Shown here: positions 1 through 11,604 of the stretch, one piece after another
How positions within the stretch are numbered: the first letter of the stretch is position 1
How the letters are laid out: each line of letters starts with the position of its first letter
Notes under the pieces: model-generated
The model's database searches: none
Seen by the model: only the letters and a program-made list of their open reading frames with translations
Told to the model about the DNA's origin: nothing
NCBI GenBank assembly: GCA_963793865.1
Contig: CAWCBP010000012.1
Location: 64,001-128,000, forward strand
From: an uncultured delta proteobacterium
GTDB taxonomy: Bacteria; Desulfobacterota; WTBG01
DNA length: 64,000 bases
Direction: 5' to 3'
Made by a program: the position numbers and the translations under genes

Positions 1-586
1 ACTGCTTTGCAATATCTGGATTACACATGAGACAGGCTGCCGCATGGCTCATTTCAAGCTCTTTAGTCTCGGGGTTATTTACCTGAAGCTTTTTGTATGT
101 GAAATCCTTTGCCAGATCAGCAAAGGCATTGGTTGTATTAATGGTGGTTACCACTTTAATCCCCTGTTTACGCGTTATTTCTTCAGCCCGTTTCTGAACC
201 ATTTTGCCTGTCTCAAAAGAAACGGTTCCATCGGACATTGATGCACTGAGTATAAAGCGTGCATGGCAGCACCAGTGCATGGTCTCAGTATCAACAACAT
301 CGTCATGGTACACCCCGCTGAGATCCAGCTCTGCGCGGCATGTTTCAGAAAGTTTCGGGGGACAATAACCGCACATCTTGATATAATCGTTTGCATATTT
401 GGGAACCCATTTCTGTTCATCCGGTATGAACGCATCACCGTAATTCTTAAAGAAATCCTTCCTGCTCATCGCGTTCTTAAAGCTTTCAAAACATGAGCTT
501 GAACAAAAGACCAGGTCCTTTAATTCGATGAACTTCATGACCAGATCTTTACCGCATTGATGACACACTATTGTTTCTTCTGCCAT
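1..586 (-). CDS. Cys-rich putative metal-binding protein: N-terminal TRASH-like zinc finger plus CxxCx7C...WCCH unit; runs off the window edge; paralog of 11605..12506
   Basis: Not in the ORF track. Manual translation from ATG 586 (RBS GAGGAGG) gives MAEETIVCHQCGKDLVMKFIELKDLVFCSSSC...CGYCPPKLSETC...WCCHARF...AACLMCNPDIAKQ, with no stop before position 1. Confidence 0.85.
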   Translation of the reverse strand, partial: MAEETIVCHQCGKDLVMKFIELKDLVFCSSSCFESFKNAMSRKDFFKNYGDAFIPDEQKWVPKYANDYIKMCGYCPPKLSETCRAELDLSGVYHDDVVDTETMHWCCHARFILSASMSDGTVSFETGKMVQKRAEEITRKQGIKVVTTINTTNAFADLAKDFTYKKLQVNNPETKELEMSHAAACLMCNPDIAKQ

Positions 587-764
587 TGTGGATCCTCCTC
601 TTTTCTTTTACTGAGTAAATCTGCTTGCAAACTTGGCCATGGTATGATCAATTTGTGCGTCATAAACAACATCCTCTGGTGCGTGTCCCGTAATTGACGC
701 GCATTTCCTGATTAAACTGAGATATTAGCTTTATAGCTTGGTGCTAAATTAGCTCTTTTAAGCA

Positions 765-3204
765 TTAGGTCAGCATCAGCGAATTGGTAACCACAAAAAG
801 TGAGCTTATGGCCATGGCCGACATGCCCATAACCGGATGGAGCAGACCCATGACAGCCACCGGTATGGCTATCAAATTATAAAAGAATGCCCAGAAGAGA
901 TTCTGTTTGATCTTCCTGAAGGTATTGCGATGAAAGTTTAACCGCTGAAACCACCGCGCTCAGCTCCCCTCTCACCAGGGTAATATCAGAAGATTCGATC
1001 GCAATATCAGTACCGGTTCCAAGGGCAATGCCCACATTGGCCTGGGTGAGGGCGGGGGCATCATTAATGCCGTCGCCAACCATGGCCACCATCCCCAGTT
1101 TTTCCTGCAGCCGCTTGATCTCCTCCACCTTGTCCGCCGGCATTACTTCCGCCAGAACCCGCTCAATGCCTACTTTCTCAGCGATTGCCCGGGCCGTCCT
1201 TTTATTGTCGCCGGTAATCATGACCGTTTCAAATCCCATGCTTCGCAGCTCTCTAATGGCATCCTCCGAATCTTTTTTGATCCTGTCAGCGATACCGATC
1301 ATGCCCTGCGTCTTGCCATCAACGGCAACCAGCATTACTGTCTTGGCTTCATCTTCCAGTTTTTCCAGGGCCGGTTTGAGCCGGTCGAAGGCGATCCCCT
1401 TTCCATCAAAGAGCCTGGGGCTTCCAATCAATATTTCCTGGCCGTCAATTATTCCCCTGACGCCCTGGCCGGTCAAGGCTTCAAATCCCTCCAGTTTAAG
1501 CAAGTCCATGCCCCGCTCTTTCGATTCGGCTATGACGGCTTTACCGAGCGGATGCTCAGAGCCTGATTCCACCGATGCCGCGATGGCTAAAAGCCTTCCT
1601 TCATCCAGGCTGTCGCAGGGAACAATGTCGGTAACCCCGGGCTTGCCGCTGGTTATGGTGCCGGTCTTATCAAAAACCACCGCCTTGATATTTTGCAGGG
1701 TCTGAATCGCTTCACCCCGGCGGATGAGGATGCCCCGCTCGGCACCCATGCCGCTTCCCACCATAAGGGCGGTGGGAGTGGCCAGGCCCAGGGCGCAGGG
1801 ACAGGCAATCACCAGAACCGTAATCGAAGCAAAAAGGGCGAGAATAATATATCCGAAAGAAGGATTGACCCAGGGGAGATAATCCTTTGCCCCGTTGGCA
1901 ATGCTCAGAAAAAAAGAGGGCGCGATGAGCCAGGCAATAAAGGTCACGACCGATAAGCTGATGATGGTGGGAACGAAATAGTAGGTAATCTTATCGGCAA
2001 GCACCTGAATGGGCACCTTGGTTCCCTGGCATTCCTCAACCATCCTGATTACCTGCGAGAGGAACGTGTCCTTCCCGACCCTGGTCGCCTTGACGGTGAG
2101 CAGGCCCTGCTGATTGATGGTGGCGCCGATAGCCCCGTCCCCCTCTTTTTTGCCCACCGGCATCGATTCACCGGTGGCCATGGATTCATCCACGCTGCTT
2201 TCCCCGCCGACCACGATCCCGTCCGTGGGGATCTTTTCCCCCGGCCTCACCACCATCATGTCTCCAACCGCCACCTTTTCAATTGGCACTTCTACTTCCC
2301 TGCCATCCACCAGAATGCGGGCGCTTTTCGCCTCCAGCTTTAAAAGTTTCTTGATGGCCTGGGACGCCCTGCCCCGCGCCTTTGTCTCCAGGTATCTTCC
2401 GATGAGATTGAAGGCCATGATCATCGCCGCGCACTCGGCGAAGCTGGGAATGTTCACAAAAAAGGAAAAGATGGAAATAACATAGGACGAAAAGGTGCCC
2501 AGAAAAATGAGGGCATCCATGTTGGGATTGAGATTGATCAGTCCCTTGATCGCCGATTTGTTGGTCTGATGGCCCGCCCAGAAAACAACCGGCGTGGCCA
2601 GAATAAACATGATCGCGTTGTGGTAGAGATGAAGAAAGTGTATGTGCCAGAACATCATGACGCCCATAATGAGCATCATCGGCCCGGTAAAAGCCCAGGC
2701 GAGAATGAGCCTCCTTCGCGCCTCCCTGACCTTCCTCACATCATCTTCTTCCACCGCCGCTTTTTCCGGCTTCTCTTCCCCGGCCTCCTCCTTTATGGAA
2801 TAGCCGAGCTTGCTCACGGCATTTTTTAAATCCGCAATGCCGATCTGCCCGGGCAGGAAGTCCACGCTCGCTTTTTCCGTGGCGAGATTGACCCGCGCTT
2901 CCACCACTCCGTCCAGCTTGTTAAGCGTCCGTTCCACCCTCGCGGAACAGGCGGCACAGGTCATTCCGCCAATGGGAAGAATCACGCTTTCAGCCTTTAC
3001 GGTATACCCCATCTTCTGTATGGCTTCTATAAACCTGGCCGCCCCTGCCCTGACCGGATCATATACCACCAGGGCCTTTTCCGTTGCCAGGTTGACACGG
3101 GCATCGCTGACGCCGTCTATTTTTTTCAAGCCGCGCTCAACCCGTGATGAACATGCGGCACAGGTCATTCCACCCACCTGCAGGTTAATCTGTTTTTCTG
3201 CCAT
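765..3204 (-). CDS. copA: Cu(I)-translocating P1B-1 ATPase; apparent frameshift near 930
   Basis: Two GMTCAAC HMA domains plus TGES, CPC, DKTGT, SEHP and GDGINDAP motifs. After the shift the frame continues [13 protein letters not shown]...MAISS to TAA at 765 (YN and MxxSS Cu+ motifs). Confidence 0.95.
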
Positions 3205-3244
3205 GAACGTACCTCGTACGGAGAAATAAGAAAAATAAGGTTTC

Positions 3245-3274
3245 TGTAGGGGCGACCGGCCGGTCGCCCCTACA
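3245..3274. repeat. GTAG-type REP-like palindrome
   Basis: TGTAGGGGCGACCGGCCGGTCGCCCCTACA; the core is identical at 45743-45770 and related at 27601-27628. Confidence 0.8.
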
Positions 3275-3482
3275 TGTGGATAAGAATCACAGGGAGGTCG
3301 CGTTCCGGCGCGCCCGCATATTGTATGCGGCCATGACAGAGCATGGCCATCCAGATGCCATATCTCATTAGATAATTACATGGATTCCCGCGAAGGCGGA
3401 AATCAAAAATGTTTTTTAATTCCGGTTTATCGATATCAAGAGTTGTAGGGGCAGAACGTTTAGCCGGGAATCTTCACGATCT

Positions 3483-3692
3483 TTAGACCACCTCGTACCC
3501 TTCTTCCAGAATGGCGGCTTTCAGATCTTCCAGCCCGACAAGCGCATCCTCATAGACAACCTGTACACTTTTGCCTTCGAGCGACACCTCAGCCGCTTTC
3601 ACTCCTTTCTGAGCCTCAAGAGCGCCTTTAACCGCCCGAACGCAGTGCTCGCAGGACATTCCTTCTACCGATATGGTAACTGTTTTTTCCAT
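3483..3692 (-). CDS. copZ: Copper chaperone (HMA domain)
   Basis: 69 aa with GMSCEHC and C-terminal GY; GGAG RBS. Confidence 0.9.
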   Translation of the reverse strand: MEKTVTISVEGMSCEHCVRAVKGALEAQKGVKAAEVSLEGKSVQVVYEDALVGLEDLKAAILEEGYEVV

Positions 3693-3703
3693 GGAAACTC
3701 CTC

Positions 3704-3916
3704 CTATTGCTTTTCCTGTGCGGTAAACCCAAAATCGTTGATTGCCTGCACGATACCCGCAACATCAGTTGCAGGAACATCGCATTCAAAGGCAGCCTCC
3801 ATCCGCTGCAAATCAACGGTGACATCAGAGACTCCTTTGAAACCACTTATAATTTTGCTAACCCTCTTGACACAGCTTCCGCAGGTCATGCCTTTTACTT
3901 CCAGCAACTTTTTCAT
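3704..3916 (-). CDS. Second HMA-domain copper chaperone
   Basis: 70 aa with GMTCGSC; GGAGG RBS. Confidence 0.88.
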   Translation of the reverse strand: MKKLLEVKGMTCGSCVKRVSKIISGFKGVSDVTVDLQRMEAAFECDVPATDVAGIVQAINDFGFTAQEKQ

Positions 3917-4053
3917 TTAAACCTCCAGCTTTGAAAGAACATCATAATCATTCATCAACCTTTCAATGGTTGCCTCTCGCTGCTTTTTTGCCTTGGAGTT
4001 GAAGTATTTTTCTTGGATATAAGTGATTTTCCAGGTTCAATTCCAATTCCTGT

Positions 4054-4317
4054 TCAATGAGCTCCGGGATCTTTGAGCAGAACCAGAGAGTCGGTGCTCC
4101 TGAATGCCTTGAGGGAAGGATCATCAAGGGCCAGCTCTTTACATTCAGCCGTACCGCCGGCCGGTATGCAGCAGGGCTTCAGGTCCTTTTGTGCAGAGGG
4201 TTTGCTTCCGACGAGGTACAGCCTGCCGCCTCTTACCCGCACCAATGTGGGAATGAGCAGGTCTATAAACCACCCGATTTCGAACATGAAGTAGTAACCG
4301 TCTGCTATTGCTCCCAT
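4054..4317 (-). CDS. Small hypothetical protein (CC motif) in the copper operon
   Basis: ATG 4317 after GAGAGG; co-oriented between the Fe-S gene and the copZ genes; contains KPCCIP...C. Confidence 0.5.
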   Translation of the reverse strand: MGAIADGYYFMFEIGWFIDLLIPTLVRVRGGRLYLVGSKPSAQKDLKPCCIPAGGTAECKELALDDPSLKAFRSTDSLVLLKDPGAH

Positions 4318-4345
4318 CTGCCTCTCCATTGCTGCAGCCCAGGCA

Positions 4346-5248
4346 TCACAACTTCCCGACATCCTGAAGATGCTTGAAGATGGGCGAGATGCCGGTGCGG
4401 CCAATCACAAATGCGAAATGGTCCTCGTGGTCCTCGCTCCACTCTTTCTTGACAAGATCGACACAGGCTTCCAGGATGGGATAAATCTTATCCGTGTTGG
4501 TTATTTTATAAAGCTCTTTTCCGTACCGGGCAAAGCGGCCAAAGGTGCCGCCCACCATGATGCGGCATCCCTTCTCAGCCGCCGCCAGCGTCCCGGTGGG
4601 GCATACTCTGATGCAGTCACCGCACACCTTGCAATAGTCTTCATTGATAACCGGCCCGCTGTCACTCAAGGTGATAATCCGGTCCAGGCAGGTCTTGACG
4701 CAGCTGGCGCAATGGCTGCACTCTTTGTCGGTGACCACGGGCCTGGCTGTGCCGTGGATGCCCACTTCCTTGGATTCGGCCGCGGTGCAGCTGTTGGAGC
4801 AGCCGGAGATGGAGATGGTAAAGGTGCTGTGCGGCATGAGCACCTCGCAGGCCTTGTCCGCCAGGATTTCAGTTATTTTGAGCTCCTCCATCTTCTGCTT
4901 GATCCGGTATCCCAGCTCCCGCACATTGACCAGATCCCGGTCGCAGCCGAAGAAGCGGGAGTGGCAGAGTTCAATGGTAAAGAGAGCAGGATCTTTATTG
5001 AGCGTGGTTTGCGGGTCTAGTGCGTCATCTGACTTGCCTTCTTCCCTGGCCTGCTGAATCTTGGCTATTTTTTCAGGGCCGAACCAAGCAAAATAGTCGT
5101 CCCGGGTCTGCACCATGTCATCCATGGTAACCGCGTCCCGCTTGTTTTTGCGCGCCACCTTTTCCGCCCAGATGATAATCAGGTTCTTGATGATGTCATG
5201 GACCGGAATTGCCTCAACCAGCTCCCGCGCATCCTGTTCCCACTTCAT
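4346..5248 (-). CDS. Nitrite/sulfite-reductase-like 4Fe-4S protein with N-terminal PCP_red-like helical domain and 2x[4Fe-4S] ferredoxin
   Basis: N-terminus MKWEQDARELVEAIP; CHSRFFGC and ISGCSNSC; CSHCASCVKTC and CKVCGDCIRVCP; IMVGG. Confidence 0.8.
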   Translation of the reverse strand: MKWEQDARELVEAIPVHDIIKNLIIIWAEKVARKNKRDAVTMDDMVQTRDDYFAWFGPEKIAKIQQAREEGKSDDALDPQTTLNKDPALFTIELCHSRFFGCDRDLVNVRELGYRIKQKMEELKITEILADKACEVLMPHSTFTISISGCSNSCTAAESKEVGIHGTARPVVTDKECSHCASCVKTCLDRIITLSDSGPVINEDYCKVCGDCIRVCPTGTLAAAEKGCRIMVGGTFGRFARYGKELYKITNTDKIYPILEACVDLVKKEWSEDHEDHFAFVIGRTGISPIFKHLQDVGKL

Positions 5249-5307
5249 GGTGACCTCCTTGCCAGTTGTGTCAATGTTGCCAAATTTTGCCGGGTTGCCC
5301 GCGGCAC

Positions 5308-8300
5308 TTAAACCTTCTCCTGGGCGTGTTTAACATCCCGGTGCCATTTCCAGAGCAGATAAATTGCCGGGTAAACCAGCAGTTCCATGATAAATGAGGT
5401 GAATAAGCCGCCCACCATGGGAGCTGCAACGCGCTTCATAACGTCAGCGCCAGTGCCGATTGACCACATAATGGGCATGAGTCCCATCGCTGATGCGCCG
5501 ACGGTCATCATCTTCGGCCTGATGCGTTTGACTGCGCCATGGATGATGGCTTCATGAAGCTCTGCCAGATTTCTAAGCCTTCCTTCTTTCCGGGCCTCTT
5601 CATACGAAAGGTCAAGGAAGAGGAGCATAAATACACCGGTCTCGGCATCAAGGCCCATGAGGGCGATCATCCCCACCCAGGCGGCAATAGATATATTGTA
5701 GTCGAGGATATACATAAGCCATACAGCACCAACCACGGAAAAGGGGACCGCCAGCATGACTATGGTTGCTTTGAAGGCTGATTTGGTGTTCATGTACAGG
5801 AGCAGGAAAATCAGGAAGATGGTTACCGGAACCACCACCTTGAGCCGTTCCCTCACCCGCAGCATGTTTTCATATTGCCCGCTCCAGATGAGCGAATAGC
5901 CGGTCGGCAGGGTTACGTCCTTGAAAACCGCCTTCTTTGCCTCCTCCACGTACGAACCCACATCTCTTCCCGCAATATCCACAAATACATATCCGGCGAG
6001 CATGCCGTTTTCATCCCTGATCATGCTCGGACCTGAGACAAGGCTAATGTCGGCAAGCAGGGACATGGGAACCTGGATGCCGTTCATGGTGGTAACCAGG
6101 ACGCGCTGCAATTGGTCCAGATTTGCCCGCAGGTCACGGGGATAGCGCAGGTTTATTGAATAACGCTCGCGGCCTTCGATGGTGGTGGAAATGGTCTCGC
6201 CGCCGATGGCACTCATGATGACATTCTGAAGATCTTCAATGGTAAGCCCGTAGCGCGCAAGCGCTTCACGGCGGGGCGTGAAATCCACAAAATAGCCGCC
6301 CGCGGCCCGCTCGGCAAATACGCTCCGGGTGCCGGGGATCGATTTCACTACCTTTTCGATGGCCTCACCGGTGCGCTGGATCGTCGCCAGGTCAGAGCCC
6401 AGGATTTTAATGCCGACAGGCGTTCGCACGCCCGTGGTCAGCATATCAATGCGTCCCTTGATGGGCATGGTCCATGAATTGGTGTTGCCCGGGATTTGAA
6501 TCGCCCGGTCCATCTCGTCGATAAGCTCCTCGTAGGACATGGTATCGGGCCAGACGTGGCGCATCACTGCCTTGAACCAGTCAGGAGCCCAGGACGAGTA
6601 CCAGCGTTCTTTGGCCCGCCATTCTGACGGGGGTTTCAACACCACGGTGGTTTCCATCATGGAGAAGGGCGCAGGGTCGGTTGAAGTCTCGGCCCGGCCT
6701 GCCTTTCCAAATACCGTCACTACCTCGGGGAAGCTTTTTAAAATACGGTCCTGGGTTTGCATAAGCAGCTCGGCCTGGGTCACCGATATGCCCGGGAGCG
6801 TTGTGGGCATGTAGAGGATGGTACCTTCATTGAGCGGCGGCATGAATTCGTGGCCCAGTTCGAGGTACACAGGAACGGTGGTCGCCACAATGATGACGGC
6901 CGCGGCAATGACCTTCTTGGGATGCCTCAGCACAAACCTGCAGGGCGATTCGTACAGCTTAAATAGAACGCGGCTGACCGGATGCTTTTCCTCGGGGTAG
7001 TACTTGCCCACAAAGAGCATATTCATAATCCATGCGAGCGGGCGTGGCCTGAACAGGAATGGATCCATCCTGGCAAACAGCATCCGTACCGCCGGATCAA
7101 GCGTCACTGCAAGAAGACAGGCTATTGCAATGGCAAAGGTCTTGGTGTATGCCAGCGGCGTGAACAGCCGCCCTTCCTGATCCACCAGGGTAAAAACCGG
7201 GAGAAAGGAAACGGCAATGACCGCCAGTGAAAAAAAGACTGAGGGGCCCACTTCCAGCAGGGCCTCCAAACGGATCTGGTGAAAATCACCCTTGCGGCCC
7301 CCCTCCTGCCACAGCTCCAGCTTTTTATAGGCGTTTTCCACCTCGACAATTGCTCCATCCACCAGCACCCCGATGGAAATGGCAATGCCCGCCAGGCTCA
7401 TGATGTTGGAGGTAATGCCCCACACATACATCAGGATAAATGAAAGGAGTACGGAAATGGGAATGGTGATGATGGGAACCAGGGCAGACGGAAAATGCCA
7501 CAGAAAGAGCATGATCACCAGGCTCACAATGATCATTTCCATCACCAGTTCTTCTTTAAGATTGTCAATTGACTTCCGGATAAGGTCGGAGCGGTCGTAG
7601 GTGGTGACAACTTCCACTCCCTCGGGAAGCGAGGATTTCAGCTCCGCAAGTTTATCCTTGATCCTCTCAATAACATTGAGTGCATTTTCACCATGCCGCA
7701 TCACGACGATTCCGCCTACGGTGTCACCCTCACCGTTAAAATCCGCCACTCCCCGGCGAATCTGCGGCCCGACGGCCACTGTAGCCACATCCCTGAGCAA
7801 TACCGGTGTACCGGTCTCACTGGCCTTGACCACAACCTTGTCCAGTTCGCCGGTAGATTTCACATATCCTTTTGCCCGTACCATGAACTCGGTGCCGGAC
7901 CATTCAATAAGCCTGCCGCCCATTTCGTTGTTACTTTTCTTAATCGCCCCAACTACATCCATGAGAGAAATCTTATAGTTCTGCAGACGATTGGGATCGA
8001 TGGTCACCTGGTATTGTTTCTGGAAGCCGCCGATGCCTGCCACTTCAGCCACCCCGGGAATACTCTGGAGGGCATAACGCAGATACCAGTCCTGAAAGGT
8101 GCGCAGTTGGGCCAGATCGTGTTTTCCGCTTTTATCGATCAACGCATACTGGAAGACCCATCCCACACCGCTGGCGTCCGGTCCCAGTTCCGTCTTGGAA
8201 CCCGCAGGAAGGTTACCCTGGATTTTAGAGAGGTACTCCAGTACCCGGCTTCGCGCCCAGTAGATGTCGGTGCCATCGTGAAAGATTACGTAGACATAAG

Positions 8301-8568
8301 AGAAGCCGAAGTCGGAATAGCCGCGTATGGCCTTCACCTTGGGGGTTCCCAGCAGTGCCGTGATAATGGGGTAGGTAACCTGGTCTTCAATGATGTCAGG
8401 ACTTCTGTCCCAGCGGGTATACACGATGACCTGGGTGTCGGAGAGATCCGGAATGGCGTCGAGCCGGATCTGCTTGAGGATGTAGACAGCTCCGACAACC
8501 GCTACCGCTACCAGCAAAATAACCAGGATGCGGTTGTGAGCAGAAAACTCGATGATTTTTCTGATCAT
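5308..8568 (-). CDS. cusA: Cu/Ag efflux RND permease (CusA/SilA)
   Basis: 1086 aa; DAIPDLSDTQVI, LGPDASGVGWV, MPPLNEG and KRIRPKMMT signatures. Confidence 0.95.
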   Translation of the reverse strand: MIRKIIEFSAHNRILVILLVAVAVVGAVYILKQIRLDAIPDLSDTQVIVYTRWDRSPDIIEDQVTYPIITALLGTPKVKAIRGYSDFGFSYVYVIFHDGTDIYWARSRVLEYLSKIQGNLPAGSKTELGPDASGVGWVFQYALIDKSGKHDLAQLRTFQDWYLRYALQSIPGVAEVAGIGGFQKQYQVTIDPNRLQNYKISLMDVVGAIKKSNNEMGGRLIEWSGTEFMVRAKGYVKSTGELDKVVVKASETGTPVLLRDVATVAVGPQIRRGVADFNGEGDTVGGIVVMRHGENALNVIERIKDKLAELKSSLPEGVEVVTTYDRSDLIRKSIDNLKEELVMEMIIVSLVIMLFLWHFPSALVPIITIPISVLLSFILMYVWGITSNIMSLAGIAISIGVLVDGAIVEVENAYKKLELWQEGGRKGDFHQIRLEALLEVGPSVFFSLAVIAVSFLPVFTLVDQEGRLFTPLAYTKTFAIAIACLLAVTLDPAVRMLFARMDPFLFRPRPLAWIMNMLFVGKYYPEEKHPVSRVLFKLYESPCRFVLRHPKKVIAAAVIIVATTVPVYLELGHEFMPPLNEGTILYMPTTLPGISVTQAELLMQTQDRILKSFPEVVTVFGKAGRAETSTDPAPFSMMETTVVLKPPSEWRAKERWYSSWAPDWFKAVMRHVWPDTMSYEELIDEMDRAIQIPGNTNSWTMPIKGRIDMLTTGVRTPVGIKILGSDLATIQRTGEAIEKVVKSIPGTRSVFAERAAGGYFVDFTPRREALARYGLTIEDLQNVIMSAIGGETISTTIEGRERYSINLRYPRDLRANLDQLQRVLVTTMNGIQVPMSLLADISLVSGPSMIRDENGMLAGYVFVDIAGRDVGSYVEEAKKAVFKDVTLPTGYSLIWSGQYENMLRVRERLKVVVPVTIFLIFLLLYMNTKSAFKATIVMLAVPFSVVGAVWLMYILDYNISIAAWVGMIALMGLDAETGVFMLLFLDLSYEEARKEGRLRNLAELHEAIIHGAVKRIRPKMMTVGASAMGLMPIMWSIGTGADVMKRVAAPMVGGLFTSFIMELLVYPAIYLLWKWHRDVKHAQEKV

Positions 8569-10114
8569 TGCGCACCCCCGGTCACAGACTGCAGAGCAGC
8601 TTTCAAGGAGGATTCTGAATCAACCAGGAAGTTTGCCGAGGTAACCACCCGGTCACCGGCCTCAAGCCCGGACAGCAACTCGTAATAGCCTTCGCTTCTG
8701 GTTCCGACGGTTACTTCCACCGGCCTGATTTCATCGCCGTCTCCCGCAACAAAGACATAGCTGCGCGTGCCGGTCTGCATAAGAGCACCCTCCGGTAGTG
8801 CCAGCTTTTCCCCCAGGTCGTACACCAGATGGGCATCAGCATACATCTCTGCTTTTAAAAGGAGTTCCGGATTGTCAATGTTCAGCCGTGCCTTGAGCGT
8901 ACGGGTCTGTGCGTCAAGATAAGGATAGAGAAAGCTTACTTCTCCCCGGAAACTCTTGCCCGGCCAATAGGAAAGCGTGAGCGTTACCGGCATGCCCTCT
9001 TTAACATAAGGGATATCCGATTCATAGATATCGGCCTCGGCCCAGACCGCAGAAAGATCAGCTATAACCAGAAGTGCTTCACCCGGCATAATTTTTTGGC
9101 CGGCCAGAATATGCTTCTCAATTACATACCCGCCAGCCGGCGCATACAAGGTGAGGTATTTTTCCACCTGGCCGGTTTTTTCGAGCCGGTCGATCTGTCC
9201 GTCACTAATGTCCCAGAGCTTGAGCCGTTTACGCGCTGCTTCTATGAGTCTTTTGCCGCTGTTGGCAACTGTCGGGTCAGAATTGTCGCACAACTGTTGA
9301 GCAAAAGGCAGGGAGATAATAAACTCCTGCTGGGATGCCACCAGCTCAGGACTGTAAACCGTGAAGAGCGGCTGTCCTTTCCGGACGGCCTGGCCGGTCA
9401 CATTCACGTAGAGCTTGTCAATGTAGCCTTCAATTTTGGTGGTGACCCGGTAGAGACGTGTTTCATCAGGCACGATGCGTGCCGAGGTGCGGATTTCTTT
9501 GATGATCCTTTGCCTCCCTACGGCACCAAAGGTGAGCCCCATGTGCTTTCTGTGAGATTCAGTGATATTCACCGGTGCTAATCCTGATGGTGCCGGGTGG
9601 CTCTTGCTTCAACCTCAAAAGGAATCATATCCATGCCCATGGAATCTTTGCCCGGTTTATCACTTACTTCATTTGCATTCATAGTAGAACGGTACATTGT
9701 TTTCTTTTTAGGCGGGGATGCGCTTTCAGCCTGCTCCGGCTCCTTTCGTTCTACCAGTCTCATACCGCATATGGGACAGTCACTGGGTTTGTCATCGGTA
9801 ATTTGCGGATGCATGGGGCAGAAATATATTATTTTCTCCGGGGAGGCAGTTTCTTTATTACCCTGGCTTTGGGCCCCTTCAGCTGGTTTCTGTTCAACCA
9901 GCTTCATGCCGCAGATGGGACAATCGCCCTGCTTGTCTGATTGGTAGTCAGGGTGCATGGGACAGAAATATAAATGCCCCGCCTGAGCGGCTTCTTCTTT
10001 TCCTGTCGATTGCATTTTGCCTGGCCGGAAATTGCTCAGGAAGTAATATAGTCCCAGACCGGCAAGGGCTATTATTAAAAGCACGATAAGCTTGCTTCTT
10101 CCTTGTGATGACAT
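8565..10114 (-). CDS. cusB: CusB-type membrane fusion protein with heavy-metal-binding (CPMHP) repeats; frameshift near 9600
   Basis: ORF 9578-10114 (two CPMHP...CPICGM repeats and the KPGKDSMGMD motif) joins ORF 8565-9572 (MFP core, YSPELV). Confidence 0.9.
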
Positions 10115-10131
10115 GTCAACCCTCCTCAGGA

Positions 10132-11489
10132 TTAGAACAGCCTTTTGCCTACCACCGATTCAATTTCGGCCAAATCTTTCTCATAGCCGGCCAATACCTC
10201 GTGATAGCTTACTTGATAGTCAAACAGTGTAATCTGGTTTTCAATCAGGGCCATAAAATCCACGTTACCCACTTCATAGCCCGCCCTGGCAGAATCCAAT
10301 GACGCCTGAGCCTGGGGAATGATATTATTCTTATATAGGTCAATAAGCTTTGCTCCGCGTCGTTCACGTTCACCGATATCTTTTATGCCGAAGAAGATTT
10401 CATTCTTCATTGCCTGCTGGTGGGATTTTGTTTCTTCCATCAGGGCAAGGGTTTCCTTGATCCTGCGGTTCTGCTTGGAGTGAAACCACAGGGGTACCGT
10501 GAATCCCACCATGAAGGAAAAGGTATCCGACCGGTGTTCGTCTTCACCGGGTAGGCCCACCTCGACTGATTCTCCACTCATGGTGGTGCCACTCGCCGTG
10601 CTCGATCGGCTCTTCTTGGCGTCTTCACGTTGCCCGTAAGCAGCTGTTAACATAAGTGAGGGGAAATACTCTTTCTTGGCAAGTTTATATTCAGATTCTC
10701 TGCTTTTGAGAATGCTCTGCAGATCATTCAGGGCAGGATTGTACTCCATGGCTATGTTTTGCAATTCCTCCATGGTATAGGTAAATGGTGTTTTCTCTAT
10801 GTCAGGAGGGTCCGCGATCGCGGCTTCCGGCGGCCGGTTGAGCAACGCCCTCAATTCCGCGGCGGCAGATGCCCTTTTTTGCTCAAAATCAATGAGCTTT
10901 TCTGTTATCTTTGAAAGCTCAACCTGGGCCTTGAGCACATCCTGCTGAATCCCCTTGCCGACTGCATAGCGGGTCTCGGTAATTTCTACAAATCGTTCCA
11001 ATAAAGTTTTATTTTCTTCGGCAATAGTAACCGCCTTTTTTAAATAATAGAGGTCATAGTAAGCCTGCTTAACCTTTTTAATCAGGCTAAACTCTGTTTC
11101 CCTGGCTTTCTTTTCCATGGCATGCGCCTCATGTACAGCAACCTCTTTTTTCAAAGATAATATGCCCGGCAGGGGCACTTCCTGGGAAAGCTCTATAACC
11201 TTCATGGTCATGTCTATGCTGTTGAAGTCGAAATCATCGGTTGCTATATTTTGAACACCCACCGAAATGCGCGGGTCTGCCAGGGAAGCGGCCTGAGATG
11301 GCCTCTCGCGGTAAGCATCAGCCTTGGCCAGCGCACCTTTAAGCTCCGGGTTATTGTTCAGGGCTTCTTCAATGATCCCGTTTAAATCCAGAGCGCCCTG
11401 ATCAGACTGGGCGTGAAGAAGCGGCGCCCAGACAGCGAACAGCAGCAAGACGAAAGAAAAAGAGAAAAAGCAGCAGATATCCTTTTCAT
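10132..11489 (-). CDS. TolC-family outer membrane factor (CusC-like); probable indel in the signal peptide region
   Basis: ALNNNPEL and ARAGYEVG OEP motifs. ATG at 11489 follows a GAGGAGG RBS but is out of frame with the main ORF across a T-homopolymer. Confidence 0.88.
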
Positions 11490-11604
11490 CTTTTTACCCT
11501 CCTCAATGCAGCGAAATCACTTTATCACCTCTTCACCATCTGTTTCTCCCCGACTGATGATTAAAGCATCTGAGCCTATATATCAACGATACTGGAATGT
11601 ACTT

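Noticed and set aside
7693..8685. Long antisense ORFs (for example 7693-8685, 33940-34917, 41755-42702, 48359-49342)
   Set aside because: They are shadows of well-supported genes on the opposite strand and carry no motifs.
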